Positions 1 to 9,873 of a stretch of DNA of 64,000 nucleotides are shown piece after piece. The notes under the pieces were generated by a model. That model was given only the letters and a program-made list of their open reading frames with translations, searched no databases and was not told the origin of the DNA. The translations under genes and the position numbers were made by a program. Source of the stretch: Candidatus Woesearchaeota archaeon (GTDB lineage Archaea > Nanobdellota > Nanobdellia > Woesearchaeales > JABGXB01); NCBI GenBank assembly GCA_018675975.1, contig JABGXB010000003.1, positions 267,821-331,820 of the forward strand, written 5' to 3'. Position 1 is the stretch's first letter, and every line of letters starts with the position of its first letter.

Positions 1-117
1 AATTAAAAAAGAAATATTGACTTTAAAAATAATTATATTCTTAAAACTAAATTAATAGAATTATTTGATTTTTAAAATATAAAAAAAACTTATAAATTCC
101 ACACTAAATCAACAAAT

Positions 118-345
118 ATGATTACAATAGAAGAAATTAAAAATAAATTAGAAAACAGTATGCCTAATGCAATAATTGAAATAAGTAACCCACAAGAAGA
201 TGGAAGACATTTTTTTGCAAAAATAATATGGGATGAATTTGAAAACAAAACATTAGTTGAGCAACATCAATTTGTTTATGAAATTTTAAAAGAAGAAATG
301 AAAGAACAAATACACGCATTAGGATTGGACACTAAATCAAAATAA
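118..345 (+). CDS. BolA-like protein
   Basis: 75 aa with BolA-like size and composition. It lies immediately upstream of a CGFS monothiol glutaredoxin, which is the classic BolA-Grx pairing. Confidence 0.55.
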   Translation: MITIEEIKNKLENSMPNAIIEISNPQEDGRHFFAKIIWDEFENKTLVEQHQFVYEILKEEMKEQIHALGLDTKSK

Positions 346-357
346 AAGGTTAAAAAA

Positions 358-666
358 ATGGATGAACAAGTTAAAACAAAAATTGAAGAATTAATTAAAT
401 CTAAAAAAGTATTTTTATTTATGAAAGGAACACCTGAAGAACCAGACTGTGGATTTTCAGCAAGAGTAATAGAAGTATTAAATCATTTTAATATAGAGTA
501 TTTAAGTTTTGATATATTAGAAAATGAAGAAATTAGACAAGGAATAAAAGAATATTCAAATTGGCCAACAATCCCACAATTATACATTGATGGAAAGTTT
601 GTAGGCGGTTGTGATATTATTGAAGAAATGGCAAGAAGTGGAGAATTATCTAAACTATTAAATTAA
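358..666 (+). CDS. monothiol glutaredoxin (CGFS type, Grx4/GrxD family)
   Basis: Active-site motif PDCGFSARV; glutaredoxin fold signature WPTIPQLYIDGKFVGGCDI. Confidence 0.8.
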   Translation: MDEQVKTKIEELIKSKKVFLFMKGTPEEPDCGFSARVIEVLNHFNIEYLSFDILENEEIRQGIKEYSNWPTIPQLYIDGKFVGGCDIIEEMARSGELSKLLN

Positions 667-715
667 TATTTTAAAGTCAATAAATCTTTATAATTAAATT
701 ATGTCTTAATTTCAT

Positions 716-1189
716 ATGGATATTCTTTGGAAAAACTTATTTAAAAAAAGAAACAATAATTCAATTAGTACAATTATAAAAAATGTCGATTTATTTAATG
801 AATTATCAAAAAAACAAATAAAAGAAATAATTAATTTAGGTCATGTTAGAAACTATAAAGAAAATGAAATCATATTTAATAAAAATGAACAAAGTTTTGG
901 AATGTTTATCATATTAAAAGGTCAAGTTGAGATTTATATAAATAAAAATAATAAAAAACAAATAATTGACAATTATAAACAATCAGAATATTTTGGAGAA
1001 ATCTCATTAATTGATAAAAATATAAGAAAAGTAAATGCAATAGCAAAAAAAGAAACAAAATTGTTTTATGTTTTTGGAGAAGATTTTAAAGAACTATTAA
1101 ACAAAAATAAAGATATTTCAATATTATTCTATAAAAATCTTACAAAAAATTTAATTGAAAAATTAAATTATCTGGAAAAATTATTATGA
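716..1189 (+). CDS. cyclic-nucleotide-binding domain protein
   Basis: cNMP-binding pattern GMFIILKGQVEIY...YFGEISLID...IAKKETKLF. No HTH domain is attached. Confidence 0.55.
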   Translation: MDILWKNLFKKRNNNSISTIIKNVDLFNELSKKQIKEIINLGHVRNYKENEIIFNKNEQSFGMFIILKGQVEIYINKNNKKQIIDNYKQSEYFGEISLIDKNIRKVNAIAKKETKLFYVFGEDFKELLNKNKDISILFYKNLTKNLIEKLNYLEKLL

Positions 1190-2244
1190 ATCCTATAAAT
1201 TTAAATAAAAAAATATGGTTAAATTTATTTTTAATTTTAGTCTTTATAACAATATTAGGATATATTTTTTTTCAATTTATTTCAATATTTGGATATGTAT
1301 TAATAGGGGTAATATTAAGTTATATATTAAATCCAATTGTAAAAAAAGTTGAAGCATTAGGATTTTCTAAAAAACATGCATTTAGTATAATAATTACAAT
1401 AAGTTTAATATTCATAATTACTGCAATGACAATTGCAATTCCTTTAATAAATCAAGAAGTTAATTCTCTCTCTAATAAATGGCCAGAAATAAAATCCAAA
1501 ATTAATAATCAAATTCTAACTGAAAAAATAAATAATAAAAATGAATCTACATATTATTTTCCACTATTAAATATTGAAATTGCTAAAAGTAATATAGATG
1601 GATTTTTATTAGATTATTCTTCACAAATAAATATATTTGCAAAAAATTTAATTTCAGTAATATTTAAATTAATTTTAATAGTACCAATTGTAACATATTT
1701 TTTAATCATAAAAAGAAGAAAAATCAAAAAGAAAATATTTCAATTAATTCCAAATAAATATTTTGAAATTATTTTTGCAATGGTAAAAGAAATAAATAAA
1801 TCCATTGAAAATTATATTTCAGCAAAAATAATTCAAGCAGTTATAATTTCAGTTTCAGCTAGTATTGGTTTTATAATAATAAATTTAAATTTTCCAATAT
1901 TTTTAGGAATATTTGTAGGTCTTGCAAATATCATACCTTATATTGGACCATTAATTGGAGCTATACCAGCAATACTTATTGCATATTTATTTTTTGATAC
2001 AAAAATAATTATATTTGTCTTAATTTTATTATTAATCGTACAATTAATTGACAATTTTATAATTCAACCAATAATATTACCAAAATTAGTTAATGAACAT
2101 CCAATTGTAGTTATAGTTATTACATTAATTGGAGCAGAATTATTTGGCCCATTAGGGATGATTATGGCATTGCCAATTTTTATAATAATTAAAATAATAT
2201 TATTAAAAAGTTATATTGCTCTAGACTTCTTATATTCTAAATAA
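1186..2244 (+). CDS. AI-2E family transporter (UPF0118/PerM-like)
   Basis: Multi-TM protein with the characteristic IPYIGPLIGAIPAILIA segment. The start overlaps the upstream stop. Confidence 0.65.
   Translation: MNPINLNKKIWLNLFLILVFITILGYIFFQFISIFGYVLIGVILSYILNPIVKKVEALGFSKKHAFSIIITISLIFIITAMTIAIPLINQEVNSLSNKWPEIKSKINNQILTEKINNKNESTYYFPLLNIEIAKSNIDGFLLDYSSQINIFAKNLISVIFKLILIVPIVTYFLIIKRRKIKKKIFQLIPNKYFEIIFAMVKEINKSIENYISAKIIQAVIISVSASIGFIIINLNFPIFLGIFVGLANIIPYIGPLIGAIPAILIAYLFFDTKIIIFVLILLLIVQLIDNFIIQPIILPKLVNEHPIVVIVITLIGAELFGPLGMIMALPIFIIIKIILLKSYIALDFLYSK
2171..2244. repeat. copy 1 of ~74 bp direct repeat (3' end of AI-2E gene)
   Basis: Matches 2598-2671 with 5 substitutions, all synonymous in the AI-2E reading frame. 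Confidence 0.8.
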
Positions 2245-2303
2245 TAAATTAAAAGTACTTGATTAAATAAAAACTTATAAATAATTTAACAATTAATTTT
2301 TAT

Positions 2304-2582
2304 ATGGGAGATAAATGGTATAATTCAGGCATTTCAAATTATATAAGTCAAGGCGTAGCATATTCTTTAATATTTGGAACTCTAATATTAGGAGGCGGTT
2401 CTTGTTACAGACAAAATGTAATTGCAGAAGCCGAGGCTGAAAGAATTAAAAGTGGAAGTTATATTATCCGTCAGGGTGACTTTAATAAAAACGGTAAAAG
2501 AGAAGAATTTATTGAAATAAGAAATAAAAAGTTTTTCTCAATGATTGATGGAATAGATTTAGAATCAAAATTAAAAGAATAA
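2304..2582 (+). CDS. hypothetical small membrane protein
   Basis: 92 aa ORF with one N-terminal hydrophobic segment. It is flanked by the 74 bp direct repeats. Confidence 0.3.
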   Translation: MGDKWYNSGISNYISQGVAYSLIFGTLILGGGSCYRQNVIAEAEAERIKSGSYIIRQGDFNKNGKREEFIEIRNKKFFSMIDGIDLESKLKE

Positions 2583-2597
2583 AACTTTTAATTTTAC

Positions 2598-2671
2598 TGC
2601 CAATTTTTATAATAATTAAAATCATACTATTAAAAAGTTATATCGCCCTAGACTTCTTATATTCTAAATAA
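2598..2671. repeat. copy 2 of ~74 bp direct repeat
   Basis: Translates to LPIFIIIKIILLKSYIALDFLYSK*, identical to the C-terminus of the AI-2E protein. Confidence 0.8.
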
Positions 2672-2744
2672 AAAAATATTATTTTTTAATTGCTTCAAAA
2701 CTAATATCACATGGTTGTTCAAATCTATTAATTAAATAGGGATA

Positions 2745-3734
2745 CTATTCATCTAATGATTCAACATCAGAAATACGTTCAGTTTCTAAAAAAATACTAT
2801 GCTTATCTTTACCATATTTACCATAAAAACCTTTAGTATTTTTTATGAGTTCAAATGACATTGGGTCTGCATCATTTACTTTATTTTCCTTAAAAAACAC
2901 ATTTTTTTTATCTTTAGCAAAAAAACCACCCACAACTTGAAATGTTTCACTATCTGCTTCCGAAATTAAATTCGAATAACTATAAACATGATTTTTATCT
3001 TTTGCATACCCATATTCTAAAACTTCAAAAGTTTTTATATCTGCATTTGACAATATGTTATCATAATGATAAATTCCAAAATATTTTTTATTAAACCCTT
3101 CTGAAAGTTCAATACCAAAACTAAAATTTATATTTAAAAAATATATCACTATAAATAAAATAGTTAATCCAAAAATTATTTTTTTAATATTTTTTTCTTT
3201 AATTAAGATTTCACCTAGATTTTTGATAAAAAAAGATGATATTGCATTTGCAATTATAAATATAAGTAAAATAAAAATAGGTCCAAGAACAAGTATTATA
3301 GGTCCAAGAACAAACATTAAAGCACCAAGATTAATTAATGAAAGTTTAATTAATCTTTCAATTATCGTATTTTGAAAATAAATAGATAATATCATGGCCA
3401 TAATCATTATAAATAAAAAAAATATCATTACCCTAGAAAAAAATAATTTCAAAGATGTTTTGATTTTTTTTTTTTCATCAAAAGGAACATCTTGTAATCT
3501 ATATGCTTGGTATATACTAACAAAGATAATAATAAAAAATGCAATTCCAACAACTAAATTATGTAAACCCGCTTCATAAGGAGTTCCAAAAAAAGTCCCA
3601 TATAATAAATCAAAAAAAACAATAATAACTACAATTATTAATCCAACAATTAATCCTTGTGAAAAAATATTTAAATTTTTAAAATATATCAAATTAGAAT
3701 TTTTTTGTAATTTAGAATTATTAACTTGATCCAT
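2745..3734 (-). CDS. membrane protein with C-terminal DKNYY-type repeats
   Basis: N-terminal half is polytopic membrane. The C-terminus has three repeats (AKDKNHVYSYS...SEADSETFQVV, AKDKKNVFFKE...NDADPMSFELI, YGKDKHSIFLE) resembling DKNYY-family repeats. Confidence 0.45.
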   Translation of the reverse strand: MDQVNNSKLQKNSNLIYFKNLNIFSQGLIVGLIIVVIIVFFDLLYGTFFGTPYEAGLHNLVVGIAFFIIIFVSIYQAYRLQDVPFDEKKKIKTSLKLFFSRVMIFFLFIMIMAMILSIYFQNTIIERLIKLSLINLGALMFVLGPIILVLGPIFILLIFIIANAISSFFIKNLGEILIKEKNIKKIIFGLTILFIVIYFLNINFSFGIELSEGFNKKYFGIYHYDNILSNADIKTFEVLEYGYAKDKNHVYSYSNLISEADSETFQVVGGFFAKDKKNVFFKENKVNDADPMSFELIKNTKGFYGKYGKDKHSIFLETERISDVESLDE

Positions 3735-3923
3735 AATATTAAAAACTAAATTAGATTATATAAAGCTAATCAAAAAAAATAGAGTATCACCCACAATAAT
3801 TAATAAATGGTTATTTTTTTTATGAATTCTTTTTAATTTTTTATTATTAAATAAATTACTATAAAAAGAAATATTGTTGATAAAATAAACCCACAATTAA
3901 ATAATCTGTTTTACAAATATTAA

Positions 3924-4442
3924 TTATAAATTATTAATTGGAACCTCTAATATGATGAGTTCTAATTTTTTATTCTCCGGTTGAGAATTTTTTCTATTAA
4001 AATGTACTAGAGTTTTCTTATTCGTAGTTTCTCGAAATCCCATTTTTTTAAAATAATTTAATGAAACTTCATTCCTAGAAGAAATTTGCTCATATATAGC
4101 CTTTAAATTTGAATATTTATTTTTTAAGTCATTAACAATTAAATCAATTACTTTTTTAGAAATACCTTTGTTTTGGTGTTCTGGTAATAAGCCATGAAAT
4201 CTAATCCCTGCGTTTTCAGTATCATCGATTTTAAACAAATAGTAACCCGTTATACCTATTACCTCGTGATTGTCTCTAATAAAATAATTCATACCATTTT
4301 TTTCTTTTATCCAAGTATCAAAAGATGCCTCAATATCTACATAATATTCTGGCTCAAAAATTTGTTTTGCTACATCCATATATTTATGTCTATTGCCAGA
4401 ATTAATCTCCTCGATATTAATTTTCATAATCTTATAATTCAA
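3924..4442 (-). CDS. GNAT-family N-acetyltransferase
   Basis: GNAT-like core (HGLLPEHQNKGISKKVIDLIVN...NEVSLNYFKKMGFRE). Confidence 0.5.
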   Translation of the reverse strand: MNYKIMKINIEEINSGNRHKYMDVAKQIFEPEYYVDIEASFDTWIKEKNGMNYFIRDNHEVIGITGYYLFKIDDTENAGIRFHGLLPEHQNKGISKKVIDLIVNDLKNKYSNLKAIYEQISSRNEVSLNYFKKMGFRETTNKKTLVHFNRKNSQPENKKLELIILEVPINNL

Positions 4443-4588
4443 TATATTCTTATAAACATTAGCATAAATAAATAGACCTTCATTTATTGCTTTTTCTCCT
4501 TTTTAGAATTTAAATTTATCTATTATCTAAAACGAAAAATAAATAATTCTTGAAAAGCCTTATAAATAATAAGTAAACTATAGTTAAC

Positions 4589-4969
4589 ATGGAGCTATTA
4601 TTACCACAAGAAGTAGAAGTACATTATATTATTCCAACTATTAGAAAATATTTTGCACATTATTTAAATCAAAATGGAATGAACCAAACTGAAATTTCTA
4701 AAATTTTTGGAATTACAAAATCTGCAGTATCACAATATTTTAGTAAAAAACGTGGAAATAAAATTACATTTCAAAAAGATTTTGTAAAAGAAATAGAAAT
4801 TGCAACAAAACAAATCACAGATAAATATACTTTTATGTATCAAATGCAAAAATTATTATTAAAATTGAAAAATGATTATTCAATTTGTACAATTCATGAA
4901 CAAATTAATCCAAATTTAAATAATTGTAATCCAGAATTGGTTGGATGCCACTTTAGAAAAACAAAATGA
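4589..4969 (+). CDS. HTH-domain transcriptional regulator (possible suf regulator)
   Basis: Helix-turn-helix segment TEISKIFGITKSAVSQYFSKKRG. It overlaps the sufB start, so it is co-transcribed. Confidence 0.4.
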   Translation: MELLLPQEVEVHYIIPTIRKYFAHYLNQNGMNQTEISKIFGITKSAVSQYFSKKRGNKITFQKDFVKEIEIATKQITDKYTFMYQMQKLLLKLKNDYSICTIHEQINPNLNNCNPELVGCHFRKTK

Positions 4970-6360
4970 GTAAATTAGATTTTGAACCGAATAGAGAAGT
5001 TTATGATAAAAAAGTAAATTTCAAAAAGAATATTGAAACTTCACCTGGACTAAGTGAAGATATTGTTAGATTAATCTCTAAACAAAAAGAAGAACCTGAA
5101 TGGATGTTAAAAAAAAGATTAGAAGCATTAGAATTATTTGAAAAAACAGAATTACCAAAATGGGGACCGAGTTTAGATATTCTAGATTTTGATCAAATTA
5201 AATTTTATGTTGATCCTAATACAAAAGAAACAAATTCTTGGGATGAAGTACCAGATGAAATAAAAGAAACATTTGAAAGATTAGGAATACCAGAAGCAGA
5301 AAGAAAAGGTTTAGCTGGAGTTGGTGCACAATTTGATAGTTCAATGGTTTATCATAATTTAGAAAAAGCATTAAAAGATAAAGGTGTGATTTTTGAAAAT
5401 ATGGATGTTGCAGTAAAAAAATATCCTGAATTAGTAAAAAAATATTTTATGAAACAATGTATTCCAATAAATGATCATAAGTTTATTATGTTACATGCAG
5501 CAGTATGGTCTGGTGGAACTTTTATTTATGTTCCAGAAAATACAAAAGTGGAATTACCATTACAAGCATATTTTAGAATGAATGAAATTATGGGTGGACA
5601 ATTTGAACATACTTTAATTATTTTAGAAAAAAATGCAGAATTACATTATATTGAAGGATGTAGTTCACCAAAATATTCAAAACAATCATTACATGCAGGT
5701 TGTGTTGAAATAATTGTAAATGAAGGAGCAAAGATGCGTTATTCATCAATAGAGAATTGGTCAAAAAATGTATACAACCTAAACACAAAAAGAGCAATTG
5801 TACATAAAAATGCAAAAATTAATTGGGTTAATGGAAATATGGGAAGTTGTAAAACAATGTTATACCCATGTAGTATATTAATTGGAGAAGGGGCAAGTTC
5901 AGATAATTTAGGAATTGCTTTCGCTGGTAAAAATCAAGATCAAGATACGGGAAGCAAAGTTATTCATGCTGCTAAAAATACAAGTTCTACAATAAAAGCA
6001 AAAAGTATTAGTAATTTTGGAGGAATTTCAAGTTATAGAGGACTAGTTGAAGTTAATAAAAATGCAATTAATACTAAAAGTAGTGTAGAGTGTGATGCGT
6101 TAATTATAGATGATAAATCAAGTTCAAACACATACCCGTTTATGAAAATTAATAATAATAAAATAAATATTTCTCACGAAGCAAGTGTTGGTAAAATAGG
6201 CGATGAACAAATTTATTATTTAATGTCAAGAGGATTATCTAAAGAACAAGCAATTCAATTAATTGTTGGTGGATTTATTGAACCGATTAGTAAACAATTA
6301 CCATTAGAATATGCAATTGAATTAAATAAATTAATTGAATTAGAAATTGAAGGTATGTAA
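4966..6360 (+). CDS. sufB: Fe-S cluster assembly protein SufB
   Basis: 464 aa; conserved SufB blocks (HYIEGCSSP, GKIGDEQIYYLMSRGL). Confidence 0.85.
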   Translation: MSKLDFEPNREVYDKKVNFKKNIETSPGLSEDIVRLISKQKEEPEWMLKKRLEALELFEKTELPKWGPSLDILDFDQIKFYVDPNTKETNSWDEVPDEIKETFERLGIPEAERKGLAGVGAQFDSSMVYHNLEKALKDKGVIFENMDVAVKKYPELVKKYFMKQCIPINDHKFIMLHAAVWSGGTFIYVPENTKVELPLQAYFRMNEIMGGQFEHTLIILEKNAELHYIEGCSSPKYSKQSLHAGCVEIIVNEGAKMRYSSIENWSKNVYNLNTKRAIVHKNAKINWVNGNMGSCKTMLYPCSILIGEGASSDNLGIAFAGKNQDQDTGSKVIHAAKNTSSTIKAKSISNFGGISSYRGLVEVNKNAINTKSSVECDALIIDDKSSSNTYPFMKINNNKINISHEASVGKIGDEQIYYLMSRGLSKEQAIQLIVGGFIEPISKQLPLEYAIELNKLIELEIEGM

Positions 6361-7473
6361 ATGAAAGTAGATCAAATTAAATTAAATGCAGAAAATTATT
6401 ATAATAGCACTAAATTTGAAACTATAAAATATGGAATAGGAATTAATGTAAATTTAAATAAATTAAATATTGATAAATTAAAATTCAATAATAGTAAAAA
6501 TAAAATAGATATAATTGCAAATAAAAGTGTTAAAATAATAGATTTTTCTAAATTAAAAACAGAAATAAATTATATTAATAAATTAATAAAAGAAGATGAA
6601 AATAAAATAATCTCATTACATTTTTCTAGGTTTAATAGTGGAAAATTAATAATCATACCAAAAGACACAATCATAACTGAACCAATTATAATAAATTCTG
6701 ATTCACAAGATGAAACTGATTTATATAATATAATAATTATAGCCGAAGAATCTTCAAAAGCAAATATAATTGAAATATCAAAATCTAATAATAAAACTAA
6801 ATTAAAAAGTAATATAATACAAATATTTGCAAATAAAAATAGTAATATCAAATATAATTATATTAATTTAAATGATAAAAAAACTAATTGTTTTAATATA
6901 AAAAGATCAGAAATAAAAAAAGATGCAAATATTGATTTCTTAGACGTTAATTTAGGATCAAATTTTAATCAAAATAGTAATAAAACATATTTAAAAGAAA
7001 GTGGAGCAAATACAAATAATTATGCAATTTATTTTACAAATGAAAAACAAAATTATGATATTGATATAGAAAATATACATGATGGTTCAAATACTAATAG
7101 TAATATAATATCAAAAGCAATATTAGATGACGAATCCAAAATAATTTATAGAAGTAATATTAATGTAAATAAAAATTGTAAAAGATGTAATGGACATCAA
7201 AAAGAAAATACATTATTGATAAGTAAAGATTCAAAAATTGATGCAGTTCCTATGTTAGAAATAAATAATGAAGATGTTAATATTAGTCACGGTGTAACAA
7301 TTTCTGATATTGAAGAAGAAAAATTATATTATTTAAAATCTAGAGGATTAGATGAAGAACAATCTAAAGAAATAATTATTAGAGGATTTATTAATGAATT
7401 AATTGACAAAATTGAAGATAAAAACATTTTACAATTAGTTGAAAAAGAAATAAATAAAAAATTAAAAAAATGA
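6361..7473 (+). CDS. sufD: Fe-S cluster assembly protein SufD (highly divergent, N/K-rich)
   Basis: SufB/D-type C-terminus (DAVPMLEINNEDVNISHGVTISDIEEEKLYYLKSRGL). Sits between sufB and sufS. Confidence 0.6.
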   Translation: MKVDQIKLNAENYYNSTKFETIKYGIGINVNLNKLNIDKLKFNNSKNKIDIIANKSVKIIDFSKLKTEINYINKLIKEDENKIISLHFSRFNSGKLIIIPKDTIITEPIIINSDSQDETDLYNIIIIAEESSKANIIEISKSNNKTKLKSNIIQIFANKNSNIKYNYINLNDKKTNCFNIKRSEIKKDANIDFLDVNLGSNFNQNSNKTYLKESGANTNNYAIYFTNEKQNYDIDIENIHDGSNTNSNIISKAILDDESKIIYRSNINVNKNCKRCNGHQKENTLLISKDSKIDAVPMLEINNEDVNISHGVTISDIEEEKLYYLKSRGLDEEQSKEIIIRGFINELIDKIEDKNILQLVEKEINKKLKK

Positions 7474-8663
7474 ATGAAAAAGATTTTCCAATATTAAAAA
7501 GAAAAATAAATGGACATAATTTGGTTTATTTAGATAATGCTGCAACTACACAAAAACCAAATCAAGTAATCGATAGTCAAATTGATTATTATAAAAATTA
7601 TAATTCAAATGTACATAGAGGAATACATCAGTTAAGTGAAGAATCAAGTAAAATGTATCATGATGCAAGACAGACAACGGCAGATTTTATTAATGCTAAA
7701 TTTAATGAAGTAGTTTTTACTGCTGGAACAACTGATGGAATAAATATGATTGCTAATAGTTTAAAATCACAATTAAAAAAAGGTGATGAAATCATTTTGA
7801 GCGAAATGGAACATCATTCCAATATTGCTCCTTGGATTAAAATTGCAAAAAAAAAAAAATTAATATTAAAATATATTCCATTAAAAGATTTTGAACTAGA
7901 TTATAAAAAAGCTAAAGATCTAATAAGCGAAAAAACAAAAATAATTGCAATTTCACATATATCAAATGTATTAGGTACTATAAACGATATATCAAAAATA
8001 AAAACAATGATAAAAAATAAAAATATTATTTTTATTTTAGATGCAGCACAAAGTGTTCCACATATAAAAATTGATGTGAAAAAATTAGATATAGATTTTT
8101 TGGTATTTTCTTCACATAAAATGTGCGGACCTACAGGTATTGGAGTTCTTTATGGAAAAGAAGAATTATTAGATAAATTAGAACCAAATCAATATGGTGG
8201 TGGTGCAGTTGAAATAGTAAATAAAGATAATTTTACTTTAACAGAATCACCATTTAAATTTGAAGCTGGAACTCCAAAAATTGCACAAGCCATTGGATTT
8301 GCAAGTGCTATTAAATATTTAAATCACATTGGAATGGATAAAATTGAAAAATATGAACATGAATTATATGAATATGCACATAAGAAAATAAAAGAAATTA
8401 AAAATATTACATTATATGCACCTAAAAAAAATAGAAGTTGTTTAATTTCATTCTCAATTAAAAACATTCACCCTCATGATATTAGTGAAATATTAAATCA
8501 AAAAGGTATTGCAGTTAGAAGTGGTAATCATTGTGCACAGCCATTAACACAAGCAATCAATGTTAATAATACAACAAGAGCATCATTTTATTTTTATAAT
8601 AATAAAAATGATGTAGACAAATTAATTGAAGGAATTAATTATGCAATAAAAATATTGAGTTAA
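7470..8663 (+). CDS. sufS: cysteine desulfurase SufS (class V aminotransferase)
   Basis: PLP-lysine region SSHKMCGPTGIGVLYG; C-terminal RSGNHCAQ. Confidence 0.8.
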   Translation: MNEKDFPILKRKINGHNLVYLDNAATTQKPNQVIDSQIDYYKNYNSNVHRGIHQLSEESSKMYHDARQTTADFINAKFNEVVFTAGTTDGINMIANSLKSQLKKGDEIILSEMEHHSNIAPWIKIAKKKKLILKYIPLKDFELDYKKAKDLISEKTKIIAISHISNVLGTINDISKIKTMIKNKNIIFILDAAQSVPHIKIDVKKLDIDFLVFSSHKMCGPTGIGVLYGKEELLDKLEPNQYGGGAVEIVNKDNFTLTESPFKFEAGTPKIAQAIGFASAIKYLNHIGMDKIEKYEHELYEYAHKKIKEIKNITLYAPKKNRSCLISFSIKNIHPHDISEILNQKGIAVRSGNHCAQPLTQAINVNNTTRASFYFYNNKNDVDKLIEGINYAIKILS

Positions 8664-8664
8664 A

Positions 8665-9414
8665 ATGGATTTAGAAATTAAAAATTTATGTGTAGAAGTA
8701 GAAGGAAAAGAAGTATTAAAAAATATTAATATGAAGTTTGAAAAAGGTAAAACTTATGCTATCATGGGACCTAATGGAAGTGGTAAAAGTAGTTTAGCAA
8801 ATACTATTTGTGCAAACCCAAAATACAAAATTACTAAAGGGAAAATTATTTTAAATGGAAAAGACATTACAAAAACAACCCCGGATAAAAGAGCAAGATT
8901 AGGTTTATTTTTATCTTTTCAATATCCTGAAGAAATACCTGGAGCAAGCCTTACAAATTTTTTAAGAATGGCATATAATAATTTACATGAAGAAAAATTA
9001 AATCCAATGAAATTTTTAAAATTATTAAAAGAAAAAATGGCTGAATTAAAAATGGCAGATACATTTAGAAGAAGGTATTTAAATCAAGGTTTTAGTGGGG
9101 GAGAAAAAAAAAGATGTGAAATTTTACAATTAAGTATATTAGAACCAAAATTTGCAATTTTAGATGAAATTGATAGTGGATTAGATGTAGATGCTCTAAA
9201 AATAGTTTGTGATATGATAAATAAAATTAGAAATAACAAAAAAGAAATGACAACTACTCTTATTACACATTATAATAAAATATTACAATATATACATCCA
9301 GATAAAATTTATATTTTATATAATGGAAAAATAATAAAGGAAGGTCAAAAAGAATTAGCCATTGAAATTGAAAATAATGGTTTTGAAAATATAATAAAAG
9401 AAAATGATAAGTAA
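8665..9414 (+). CDS. sufC: Fe-S cluster assembly ATPase SufC
   Basis: Walker A GPNGSGKSS, ABC signature FSGGEKKR, Walker B ILDEIDSGLD. Confidence 0.85.
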   Translation: MDLEIKNLCVEVEGKEVLKNINMKFEKGKTYAIMGPNGSGKSSLANTICANPKYKITKGKIILNGKDITKTTPDKRARLGLFLSFQYPEEIPGASLTNFLRMAYNNLHEEKLNPMKFLKLLKEKMAELKMADTFRRRYLNQGFSGGEKKRCEILQLSILEPKFAILDEIDSGLDVDALKIVCDMINKIRNNKKEMTTTLITHYNKILQYIHPDKIYILYNGKIIKEGQKELAIEIENNGFENIIKENDK

Positions 9415-9694
9415 AAAAGAATTAATTGAAATTTTTGAAGATGTAATTGATCCAGAAATAAATATTGATATATGGACTATGGGATTAATTTATGATTATA
9501 AAATAGAAAAAGATAGAGTATGGATTAAAATGACCTTTACTACACCAACGTGTCCATTTGGTCCAGAATTAATTGAAGAAATTAAATCTAAAGTATTAAA
9601 CAAAGGATTAGAATTTTGTGATATTGATATAACTTTTGAACCACCTTGGAAACCAAGTGAAGATTTAAAAGAAATGTTAGGTATTGTAGATTAG
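9404..9694 (+). CDS. sufT: DUF59/MIP18-family Fe-S assembly protein (SufT-like)
   Basis: 96 aa; DUF59 pattern VIDPEINIDIWTMGLIY...TTPTCPFGP. Confidence 0.6.
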   Translation: MISKKELIEIFEDVIDPEINIDIWTMGLIYDYKIEKDRVWIKMTFTTPTCPFGPELIEEIKSKVLNKGLEFCDIDITFEPPWKPSEDLKEMLGIVD

Positions 9695-9696
9695 AC

Positions 9697-9712
9697 AAAT
9701 GTAGTGGTTAAA
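9697..9712. repeat. 16 bp direct repeat copy 1 (aaatgtagtggttaaa)
   Basis: Exact second copy at 9760-9775. A related gttggttaaatc motif lies between them. Confidence 0.6.
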
Positions 9713-9759
9713 TTTCAAATTTATGTTTAATTATTTAAACTGTCGTTGGTTAAATCAAT

Positions 9760-9775
9760 AAATGTAGTGGTTAAA
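9760..9775. repeat. 16 bp direct repeat copy 2
   Basis: Identical to 9697-9712. Confidence 0.6.
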
Positions 9776-9873
9776 AATAAAATATATTTTTTATTAATGT
9801 AATTATCGTTAAATAAAGAAGTAAATATAGAAATTAAAAGAATATTTGAATCATCATAAATTTATATAATAAA

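Noticed and set aside
3394-3579. Antisense or overlapping short ORFs at 3394-3579, 4194-4475, 5618-5815, 6570-6851, 18472-18690, 38176-38418, 39441-39662, 40154-40456, 40739-40936, 44747-45034 and 48327-48521
   Set aside because: Each overlaps a longer ORF on the other strand or frame that has recognisable motifs or better length. Their translations are leucine/isoleucine/phenylalanine-rich strings typical of frame noise in A+T-rich DNA.
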